Shown piece after piece: positions 17,606 through 25,065 of a stretch of DNA of 62,438 nucleotides. The notes below the pieces were generated by a model. It had not been told where the DNA came from, searched no databases, and saw only the letters and a program-made list of their open reading frames with translations. Position 1 is the stretch's first letter; the number at the start of each line of letters is the position of its first letter. The translations under genes were made by a program, and so were the position numbers. Origin of the DNA: a virus (taxonomy: Duplodnaviria; Caudoviricetes); IMG/VR virus record IMGVR_UViG_3300027881_000013, positions 1 to 62,438 of that record. One strand, written 5' to 3'.

Positions 17606-18216
17606 TAGATAATCTCCAATTCTTCTGGGTCAAAGAAGTCTTTAAAAGCTTTTTTACCTTCTTCATTAGGATCTAATATCACATTTACAAAACAATGACG
17701 ATTTTGTTCCTTGTTATCTACAACCCCTTCTCTACCTTTGTAAATAGTATAAGAAGAGTCATTTACTCGTATTCTCATTCCTGGTATGAATTTGGCCATC
17801 AATGCTTTTTTCTTAGTCATTAATTCTTTATGACGTTCTTTTCTTTCTTCCTCTTCCTCTTCCTCTTTTTCATGATCAATTTTACGAGTGTCAAAACTAT
17901 AGGTAATATTGATTTCTATCTCGAATTCTTTTTCACAATCACGACAAGTAATTCTAATGGTATCTCCATCAGAATTTAAATTGCCTGCACCAAAATCCCA
18001 CCATTCTGGTTCTTTTTCACCACAATAGGGGCAAACAGGGTCACTAGTATCTTCTACTTCAAGTTTTCCATCGTGGTCATATTTGGATTGGAAATATCCA
18101 TACTTATTACCTGGACACTTACCTATGATATCATGTGCCCGTCGATATTTTCCACACTTGGCACAGAGATTATGATCTCCAGTTAGTGTAATCTCAGTTA
18201 CACTACTAGACATCAT
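17605..18216 (-). CDS. Zinc-ribbon plus SH3/KOW-like hypothetical protein
   Basis: CPYCG...CRDCEKEF; PGMRIRV...YKGREGVV; start uncertain. Confidence 0.65.
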   Translation of the reverse strand: MMSSSVTEITLTGDHNLCAKCGKYRRAHDIIGKCPGNKYGYFQSKYDHDGKLEVEDTSDPVCPYCGEKEPEWWDFGAGNLNSDGDTIRITCRDCEKEFEIEINITYSFDTRKIDHEKEEEEEEERKERHKELMTKKKALMAKFIPGMRIRVNDSSYTIYKGREGVVDNKEQNRHCFVNVILDPNEEGKKAFKDFFDPEELEII

Positions 18217-18463
18217 AGTCCTCGAGCAGTCGCTGTGAAGAAGTAAGTAGGCTATGAACTGCACGAAGTGCGGCAGCTTTTCTTACATTTTCTGCGTAGA
18301 CCTTTTTACCTTCAGATTCTGCATCTTTGTCTTTGATTGTGATAAGGTCACTAACTTCATCACGAAGTGTCTGCATCTGATCAACCAAATTTGAGTCACT
18401 CTTCATACGCTCTTTACGCTTCTTAGGTGGATCGCCTTTAACTGTGTCTTTTACTTCGCCCAT
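18206..18463 (-). CDS. Hypothetical protein
   Basis: Coupled ORF. Confidence 0.6.
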   Translation of the reverse strand: MGEVKDTVKGDPPKKRKERMKSDSNLVDQMQTLRDEVSDLITIKDKDAESEGKKVYAENVRKAAALRAVHSLLTSSQRLLEDYDV

Positions 18464-18716
18464 GTTCTTTCTCCCATCTCCAACGTTTTAAATATGCACT
18501 AAATACAAGCTCTCTAAAAGAACTTTGTCTTACAAAATCTGGATATGAATGCCATACTGTACCAGAACCAATAAATTGAACAATTTTAGTTTCATAATCT
18601 TTACCAAATAATCGATCAATAATTCCCGGTGTAAGTTGTTTTTGTAAAGTTAATAGTTCTTTTTCAGGATCATAACTAACAAATTCGTAGGTATACGTGC
18701 CAAAGAGCCAACTCAT
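18438..18716 (-). CDS. Hypothetical protein
   Basis: Coupled ORF. Confidence 0.65.
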   Translation of the reverse strand: MSWLFGTYTYEFVSYDPEKELLTLQKQLTPGIIDRLFGKDYETKIVQFIGSGTVWHSYPDFVRQSSFRELVFSAYLKRWRWEKEHGRSKRHS

Positions 18717-19042
18717 TTCATAAGTCCAGCAGCTGCCATCTCTCTGATTCTAGCCACCATACCTAGTTTCTTTTCACGTTTCTTTTCAGAACATGCGCTC
18801 TTCATAACGTGAATGGTATCTCCCGCCCAATTATCAACGCCTTTACTCCAACGTGATTGATCGTGTTTTATGTCTGGTTGAGCTCTATCATCAATAACAA
18901 CACCATCTTTAATAACGCGATAGTGAATATGTCCACAGTTCCCGCATTTGATTTCGTAGTTGCCACTCATTGCATCTGACAACATAGGATAATTCCACCA
19001 TTGACAATTGGTACAATAAAATTCGTGAGCATGTCTTGCCAT
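18713..19042 (-). CDS. Zinc-ribbon protein
   Basis: CTNC...CGNCGHIHYR. Confidence 0.7.
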   Translation of the reverse strand: MARHAHEFYCTNCQWWNYPMLSDAMSGNYEIKCGNCGHIHYRVIKDGVVIDDRAQPDIKHDQSRWSKGVDNWAGDTIHVMKSACSEKKREKKLGMVARIREMAAAGLMK

Positions 19043-19366
19043 CTATTGCCTCGCAGTTATGCCGAAGAGAAAACCAAATGACCACATTCCTACCATAAGT
19101 AAACAAATACCTATTAATAGTTCAATAGGATGTTCTGCAATAAAAGTAGCTAATTTAATTTTGGAGACATGTAGGTCTACAGTAAGTCTTGCATATCTTT
19201 CAAGTGCCTCTTTTTGTTCCGGTGTAAGATCGGGATCTTTTATTTCCATACCCTGTCTATAATTGATGTCGGTGCGCGAATATACTATACTCAAAACATG
19301 CTTGTAGATCCTGGCGTGTCTGTACAGCAGGAAGTTTGTAGCTGGATTTCTAATATTAAGACTCAT
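19043..19366 (-). CDS. C-terminal TM protein
   Basis: Hydrophobic C-terminus; start uncertain. Confidence 0.55.
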   Translation of the reverse strand: MSLNIRNPATNFLLYRHARIYKHVLSIVYSRTDINYRQGMEIKDPDLTPEQKEALERYARLTVDLHVSKIKLATFIAEHPIELLIGICLLMVGMWSFGFLFGITARQ

Positions 19367-19390
19367 AAATTTGAAATAGAACGAATATTA

Positions 19391-20203
19391 ATGAGTCCAG
19401 TGAACCTTTCAGATATAATGAAAGAAGCCTCGAAAACTTACACGCATAATATAGTTGAAATTAATATTAAAGATTCAGCTATATATAAAATGATAATGGC
19501 GATACCGGATTTTCCTCAAATATATTACTATGATTTGTTTACTAAGAAGATTGTTGAAAAAGAAGAACAATTAGTTCAGCCTTCTGTTATTGAGTTCACC
19601 TGGCCTACAAATCATGGTTTGTTTTTACTACCTGATCCTTGGGTAGATATGGCTGTAACTAGCTACTTTGACTATTTCTTTCTTTATGATGCTGACGATA
19701 ATATACATATTATAATTAATGATACTGAAAAAGCTTGTGAAGTGATGAATGCTGGTAGGTTTATGGACGCAACCAGAGATTTTATTCAATACCATATTAT
19801 GCTTAATAATGTATTAGAAGTTTCTGGTCTTCAAGTAGTTACAGAAGAAGGCCATAATGTTGATGATATTGAGTTGCGTTATAAAGATTACAAGGATATT
19901 GAACTTAAAGATATGATATATAATATGCTACAAAGTGCTTTAAATAATGGTATACATCTACATGTTGACACTGATAAACTAAAACATTGGTTATTTCCAC
20001 TTTTAGGTGATCATATTGTTGGGATTCAACGACTTCTTAAAGGTGTAAATACTGACATATCTAATTATCCATATTTTCCTGCTGCTAAAACAAATTTAAA
20101 CTTTGATAATTTTAATAGAGCACAAGAAATGTTCGGTGGAATTTCAATAGGTAGTCCTTTTTCAATAGTAAATACTGCTAAGATAGTAGCTATTACTTTA
20201 TAA
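19391..20203 (+). CDS. Hypothetical protein
   Basis: Start moved to MSPVNL to avoid overlap with divergent gene. Confidence 0.7.
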   Translation: MSPVNLSDIMKEASKTYTHNIVEINIKDSAIYKMIMAIPDFPQIYYYDLFTKKIVEKEEQLVQPSVIEFTWPTNHGLFLLPDPWVDMAVTSYFDYFFLYDADDNIHIIINDTEKACEVMNAGRFMDATRDFIQYHIMLNNVLEVSGLQVVTEEGHNVDDIELRYKDYKDIELKDMIYNMLQSALNNGIHLHVDTDKLKHWLFPLLGDHIVGIQRLLKGVNTDISNYPYFPAAKTNLNFDNFNRAQEMFGGISIGSPFSIVNTAKIVAITL

Positions 20204-20234
20204 TTAATCTACCTGATTATGGAAATTATATACA

Positions 20235-20310
20235 GTGTGGTAGCTAGTCTACCCGTGTGGCCAGGAGGGGTCAGAATCCCTCCCCCCCCTACCCCTCCTG
20301 GTCTACACAC
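20235..20310 (+). ncRNA. Candidate small RNA with C-rich loop
   Basis: 13-bp stem 20259-71/20291-303, loop CAGAATCCCTCCCCCCCCT; follows ATTAAT-N15-AATTATATAC. Confidence 0.45.
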
Positions 20311-20470
20311 GTTTATTAATTAAACTCGGTGGAATATAAAGTTATACCAAAAGCTTTATAATAATATTATTATAGTAGTACGTTTATTTAATTGCTTCTC
20401 ATATATAATATCATTACAAGAGTAAAAATAAATAGAGCAGGTAATGAGATAAGTATAGTTAATAAGTTTT

Positions 20471-21043
20471 TCATTTAATCTCATGTTTTTCGATTACGCC
20501 GTCACCATCACCAAAGTCACTATCATCAACGACTCGTTGTATATTATCGAACTCAGGTAATCTAGCAATTCCCTTATATTCAATTTCTGCTGGTATGCCT
20601 TCTATATCTATATCTGTCATTACCATAACAGCAGTTGAACTAGAAGAAGATGCACTATTTATGATTTTGTCTCTAATTTCTGAACTCTTAATTTCTACTC
20701 GTTTTGGTTTACCTTTAATAGTTGGGTGACGACTATGTAATCTATACATGTCATCTCTTAATTCTTTATTTTGCTCTCTTGTATATTTTAATTCTGTCTG
20801 TAAAACAGCAATGTCTACAGCAAATTCTTCAAATCTTTGGGTAAGCATATTATAGACAGATTCTTGTACTTTACCCTGCTTACTTTGATTATTTAATGAA
20901 GCAAATGTGCCACCTGCTGCAGTGAGAAGAGCAGCAATGGCGGCAAGTAATCCGCTTAATTGTTTAAGTTTTTGCCATGTAGTTAATGGTTTGGCTTCAT
21001 CATCACTGTCAACAGTTACTGTTACTTTTGGCGGTGGTGGCAT
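20471..21043 (-). CDS. Membrane-anchored coiled-coil protein
   Basis: AGGAG RBS; LLAAIAALLTAAGG TM segment. Confidence 0.7.
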   Translation of the reverse strand: MPPPPKVTVTVDSDDEAKPLTTWQKLKQLSGLLAAIAALLTAAGGTFASLNNQSKQGKVQESVYNMLTQRFEEFAVDIAVLQTELKYTREQNKELRDDMYRLHSRHPTIKGKPKRVEIKSSEIRDKIINSASSSSSTAVMVMTDIDIEGIPAEIEYKGIARLPEFDNIQRVVDDSDFGDGDGVIEKHEIK

Positions 21044-21090
21044 GTATCTCTCCTATATTTAATAATCAATAATATAATATATTATAGAAA

Positions 21091-21165
21091 TGGTGCCCCT
21101 GAGGAGGATCGAACTCCTGTTCCCGGATCGAAAATCCGGTATCCTAACCACTAGATGACAGGGGC
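21091..21165 (-). tRNA. tRNA-Glu (TTC)
   Basis: GCCCCTG/CAGGGGC acceptor, CCGGA-TTTTCGA-TCCGG anticodon arm, TTCGA T-loop, encoded CCA. Confidence 0.95.
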
Positions 21166-21167
21166 TA

Positions 21168-21254
21168 TGGTGCCGGGAGCGGGAGTCGAACCCGCACACC
21201 CAAATAGATAAGGGATTTTAAGTCCCTTGCGTCTACCAATTCCGCCATCCCGGC
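21168..21254 (-). tRNA. tRNA-Leu (TAA)
   Basis: GCCGGGA acceptor, AGGGA-CTTAAAA-TCCCT anticodon arm, long variable arm, CCA. Confidence 0.95.
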
Positions 21255-21261
21255 TGGTCTA

Positions 21262-21639
21262 TCATTGGTCACCACCACCCATAGCTACGTCAGATAGATT
21301 TTCATCTGTAAGGTATTCATGGTTTTCAGCATTCATAATTCTTCGTGCTCTATCTATAGGCATATCATGCGTGACTCGTTGCCACAATACCGTGTTAATT
21401 AATGGGTATGCGTCTTTATCTAATCCTAATCTAGACATTATATCAATAAATGACTCTTCACATATTTTATTTACTTTAGCGAGTCCCTCGCACCAGGTAT
21501 CTTGTTCAGACGATAGCTTCATTAAGAGCTTATTCTGTTCTGCATATAACTCAATTAATTGAGCCTGATAGGAGAAGGTACTATATGCAAAAAATGAAGT
21601 TAAAAGTACAAATACTGCTAGCCATGCTTTTAAGGTCAT
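21262..21639 (-). CDS. Signal/TM-anchored hypothetical protein
   Basis: Hydrophobic N-terminus. Confidence 0.65.
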   Translation of the reverse strand: MTLKAWLAVFVLLTSFFAYSTFSYQAQLIELYAEQNKLLMKLSSEQDTWCEGLAKVNKICEESFIDIMSRLGLDKDAYPLINTVLWQRVTHDMPIDRARRIMNAENHEYLTDENLSDVAMGGGDQ

Positions 21640-21640
21640 A

Positions 21641-21958
21641 CTACTTATCGCTTTTTTTGAGCAACTTCTCTAAAAATACAGGGGCAGGCGATTTTATATC
21701 TTTTAGCCCCTTACCTAATCTCTTATTTCCTTTGTACATAAAGTCATCAGAGTTCTTACTAATGAATTCATACTTAAATTCATAATTCTCGTTCTCATTT
21801 TTGGGATTCTCATTAAATAATCGAGCCTTTGTCCAGGATGGTATCATTTCTGCCATGCCAGCAGTCAGAAATTCGCACACTACACCACATTCATGACACC
21901 AGTATATTTTATAGCCCTCTGATGGCTCTTTGAGTAGTACTAACTTATGGACGTGCAT
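21641..21958 (-). CDS. Hypothetical protein
   Basis: ORF with CxxC. Confidence 0.55.
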   Translation of the reverse strand: MHVHKLVLLKEPSEGYKIYWCHECGVVCEFLTAGMAEMIPSWTKARLFNENPKNENENYEFKYEFISKNSDDFMYKGNKRLGKGLKDIKSPAPVFLEKLLKKSDK

Positions 21959-22012
21959 ATTTATTTATAAGAATAATTGACTGTCTGTTTATTATGTGTT
22001 AAGGTGTTTAAT

Positions 22013-22378
22013 ATGGCAAATAGATCACCACTAACAGACGGGCAACAAGCAATTTTTAAATTTGTTGTTGCATTCATTAGAGAAAATGGCTTTGGGCCAA
22101 CAATTAGGGAGATCCAGGGGGAATTTAATTACAGGTCATCTAATTCTGTTGTGATTCATCTTAATAATTTGAGGTCAAAAGGTTATATAACTAAATCAAG
22201 TACAAAAGATAAAATGAAAACCAGAACTATTAGATTGGTTGATGACATTATTGGTAACTATACTATTGATACCGGCTTCTTGAATAAAGCAATTAAAAAT
22301 TTAAAAGAACGTGGTTATGAGATTGAAGCTAACCTCGCGGTTGAATTCCTTAAAGAATTAAAAGTAAACATAGTTTAA
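22013..22378 (+). CDS. LexA-type winged-helix DNA-binding protein lacking the peptidase domain
   Basis: LTxxQxxIFxFxxxFIxENGFGPTIREI...SSNSVxxHLxxLxxKGYI; TTGACT-N17-TAAGGT promoter just upstream (leaderless). Confidence 0.85.
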   Translation: MANRSPLTDGQQAIFKFVVAFIRENGFGPTIREIQGEFNYRSSNSVVIHLNNLRSKGYITKSSTKDKMKTRTIRLVDDIIGNYTIDTGFLNKAIKNLKERGYEIEANLAVEFLKELKVNIV

Positions 22379-22455
22379 TGGTGGACCCTGTAGGAGTCGA
22401 ACCTACGACCAATCGGTTATGAGCCGATAGCTCTAACCAACTGAGCTAAGGGTCC
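22379..22455 (-). tRNA. tRNA-Ile2 (CAT, lysidine-type) rather than Met
   Basis: GGACCCTTAGCTCAGTTGGTTAGAGC...CTCATAA...GGTTCGACTCC...GGGTCCACCA resembles bacterial Ile2 tRNAs. Confidence 0.9.
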
Positions 22456-22505
22456 ACTATTAATATTATAATACAAATATTGATAGCATCAACTATCCCC
22501 TAAGG

Positions 22506-22537
22506 GGTTACTAGAAACGTGTTTACTGTGACTATTA
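22506..22537 (+). promoter_or_regulatory. Putative late promoter GGTTACTA-N16-GACTATTA at head of structural region
   Basis: Consensus match and position. Confidence 0.6.
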
Positions 22538-22571
22538 AGCGCGCATACGTGTATCCCTCCGGAGATTAAAT

Positions 22572-23558
22572 ATGTTAACTGAAAAGCAGGCAGCTGGTTT
22601 ATTAAATAAAATCACTGCTTGGTATTTTATTAATGGGGTAGATGAGAATGCTAGACGCGATGCGTTACCAGTATTAAAAGATGCTCAAAAGCAGCCCAAC
22701 TATACTAGTGATATGTGGGCTAAGTTGATGACAGATGCACTAGTCGCTTTTAGTGAAGGTCTTGACGATAAATTAGAGCCTGAAAATCGAAGGGCAAGTT
22801 TCGATGCTGCTGTAGAGATGATTGGTACTGAGGCGTTTAATACAGTCTCCTTTATACTTGCCACTGCTGCTACTCAGCTTCCTATACCTAAAAATGCTGC
22901 CACTTGTCCTAGCTGCAAGGGTTATGGCTATGCTGGTCCACCAAGAGATCCTGATCCTGATGATCCTGAAGAAGGTGGATTTGGTCCTGGTGGTGGTGTT
23001 TATACTGTACATGATCCAGGAATTGAAACTGATCCTTCTAAGCCAGCGGCTCCAGAAGATTATACCGATCCATTAGCAGATGAACCAGAACACGAAGATG
23101 TTGTACAAGAACGAAGTCAGCAGCTATTGGAGAGAGGCGTTAAACCAGAAGATCTTGATGAGGTTCTACAAAAAGAATTTCCTACAGATGAAAAAACTAC
23201 AGACGATGTAGTAACAAATATTAGAGAAAGAATGGAAAGAGGAGAAAATTTAAACATAGAAGATACTAGAGAAATACGATTTCATGAATTAAGAGAAGAA
23301 GGTATTCAAGAAGATAAGATTAAAGAAGAATATGAAAAAAGATTTCCAGAGGACGATTTAGAAGCAGTGGAATACGTACCAAGTGCTAGCCCATCTCTTG
23401 TTGAAGAAGATCCCTACCACACTCCATGTTCTGAATGTGAGGGAATGGGATTTGTAGAAGAAGAAGAAATTAATAAACCACTTGGTGAGCCTTCTATGGC
23501 AGAGTTACAGCAATCAAAAGAACTAGACAAATGGACGAGAGAAAGACTCGGCCTTTAA
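22572..23558 (+). CDS. Acidic putative head protein with split CxxCxGxG zinc finger
   Basis: CPSCKGYG and CSECEGMG separated by long acidic insert; KQA/KNA motifs. Confidence 0.7.
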   Translation: MLTEKQAAGLLNKITAWYFINGVDENARRDALPVLKDAQKQPNYTSDMWAKLMTDALVAFSEGLDDKLEPENRRASFDAAVEMIGTEAFNTVSFILATAATQLPIPKNAATCPSCKGYGYAGPPRDPDPDDPEEGGFGPGGGVYTVHDPGIETDPSKPAAPEDYTDPLADEPEHEDVVQERSQQLLERGVKPEDLDEVLQKEFPTDEKTTDDVVTNIRERMERGENLNIEDTREIRFHELREEGIQEDKIKEEYEKRFPEDDLEAVEYVPSASPSLVEEDPYHTPCSECEGMGFVEEEEINKPLGEPSMAELQQSKELDKWTRERLGL

Positions 23559-24193
23559 TGAGTAGAATTGCTCAAACAGGTAGAGACTTTATTGATTATG
23601 TGAAAGTTGTATTAGAAAATTATCCTGAGAGTGAAGAAGATCCTGAGTATAGTGAAGCAAAAGAATATATTAAGGCAGTAATAGAAAGAGATATAGTACC
23701 ATTATATGAAGCATATAAATCAGGTGATGATTCAAGAAGATATAACCTTGAAGAATTAAAATGGTACTATGAAATACTAAAAACTATGGATGATCGTGAT
23801 TGGAAGTACGCATACGAAGAAGCAAGACATTCATATCTTGATTCAGGCCCCATATATGAGGAAGAAGAACAAGTAGGTTTTGAAGATATTTGGAAAAATG
23901 TTGAACAGATGGGTCCTTTACCAGAAGATATGGACGTAGAGGAAAAGACGACGGTAGCACCCAAACAAGAGTCACCTAGAAGACCTGTTGAAAAGATAAT
24001 GGTTAAGCCAACACAGGGTAACATTAAGGAACCCGCAAGTGTTGGATCTTTCGTATATAGTAGAGATGAAGGTTCTGAAGGTCAAATTAAGGAAATCTTG
24101 TCAGAAGACAAGATTAAGGTTATAAATTCTAAGAACAACAAAGAAGAAGTTTGGTCTACAGAAAATTTACACTTGTCTAACAAGACTCGTTAA
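23558..24193 (+). CDS. Acidic putative head protein with C-terminal SH3-like domain
   Basis: Start MSRIAQ; VGSFVY...GQIKEI...IKV. Confidence 0.65.
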   Translation: MSRIAQTGRDFIDYVKVVLENYPESEEDPEYSEAKEYIKAVIERDIVPLYEAYKSGDDSRRYNLEELKWYYEILKTMDDRDWKYAYEEARHSYLDSGPIYEEEEQVGFEDIWKNVEQMGPLPEDMDVEEKTTVAPKQESPRRPVEKIMVKPTQGNIKEPASVGSFVYSRDEGSEGQIKEILSEDKIKVINSKNNKEEVWSTENLHLSNKTR

Positions 24194-24504
24194 TGGAGAA
24201 CAAAATGCAGAAGACCGCACTCGATCAAGCAGCTAAGAGCTACTGGGGTGATTACTTTAAAGAGTATGGCCAGATGTGGGTAAGAGATATTCCACGTCGA
24301 ATCAAGCAGGCTGCCGCTCGACAATTAAAGGCAGAAATTGAAGGCGAATTCGCTCCTATCGCCGGCAATGTCAACGAGGGAACGCTTTCTGTTGAAGCTT
24401 CCTTTGTTGGTAAGATAGGTGATCAGAGTGGTAAGATTCTGGTTACTGCTAGCTTTAATGCAGAAGGCAAGATTAGCGAATTTATTTGTAATCGCGTTGC
24501 GTAA
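24193..24504 (+). CDS. Putative head protein with AKSYWxxYFKxYG motif
   Basis: Motif repeated within 28154..34345. Confidence 0.7.
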   Translation: MENKMQKTALDQAAKSYWGDYFKEYGQMWVRDIPRRIKQAAARQLKAEIEGEFAPIAGNVNEGTLSVEASFVGKIGDQSGKILVTASFNAEGKISEFICNRVA

Positions 24505-24995
24505 TGAATATATATCTTGCATGTGAGGTATTAGATATTTGGCCCGTTGTGAAGGCAAGGGCTGAGGTGTGGTCTGTATCTAATACCGTCAACAATAAGC
24601 CTATTAATAATTTAAAGGCTATATGCAAGAATAAATATAAGAAATTAGCTGCTATTCATCATCCAGATAAGGGTGGCGATCAAGCAAAATTTATAGAGCT
24701 ACAAAAAGCACATGACACTATAAAAGATGCAACAGTAGAACAAATTATTGATTCATTGAAAGATGAGCAGGAATGTAATAGGGTCTTTCATGAATCTGGT
24801 TCCTTACAATGTAAAGATTGTACTAAATGGAGTGATATTGTTGGTTTATGTATAACAGTATCTTGTACTGGTTTTAAATCCCCAAAGGACACCAATGTTC
24901 TGGGTTTTAATAATATTCGAAGACAGCGAACGCAGGTTCAAAGTAGTAGCCACTACAAAAGAAGAAGCAGAAGAGTGGGCCAAACAGCAGGCTAA
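24504..24995 (+). CDS. J-domain (DnaJ-like) protein with C-terminal Cys cluster
   Basis: YKKLAAIHHPDKGGDQAKFIELQKAH. Confidence 0.85.
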   Translation: MNIYLACEVLDIWPVVKARAEVWSVSNTVNNKPINNLKAICKNKYKKLAAIHHPDKGGDQAKFIELQKAHDTIKDATVEQIIDSLKDEQECNRVFHESGSLQCKDCTKWSDIVGLCITVSCTGFKSPKDTNVLGFNNIRRQRTQVQSSSHYKRRSRRVGQTAG

Positions 24996-25065
24996 AAGAT
25001 ATAAAAAGCTTGTTAAAGAGATAAAAATCTCTAGGATTTTGGAGACAAACAATGCAGACTCGTAA
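24895..25065 (+). CDS. 56-aa hypothetical protein overlapping the J-domain gene tail
   Basis: AAGGA RBS; MFWVLIIFEDSERRFKVVATTKEEAEEWAK. Confidence 0.5.
   Translation: MFWVLIIFEDSERRFKVVATTKEEAEEWAKQQAKRYKKLVKEIKISRILETNNADS

Noticed and set aside
22379-22455. tRNA-Met or fMet
   Set aside because: Paired 1-72, lacks the three G-C anticodon-stem pairs of initiator tRNA; sequence resembles Ile2
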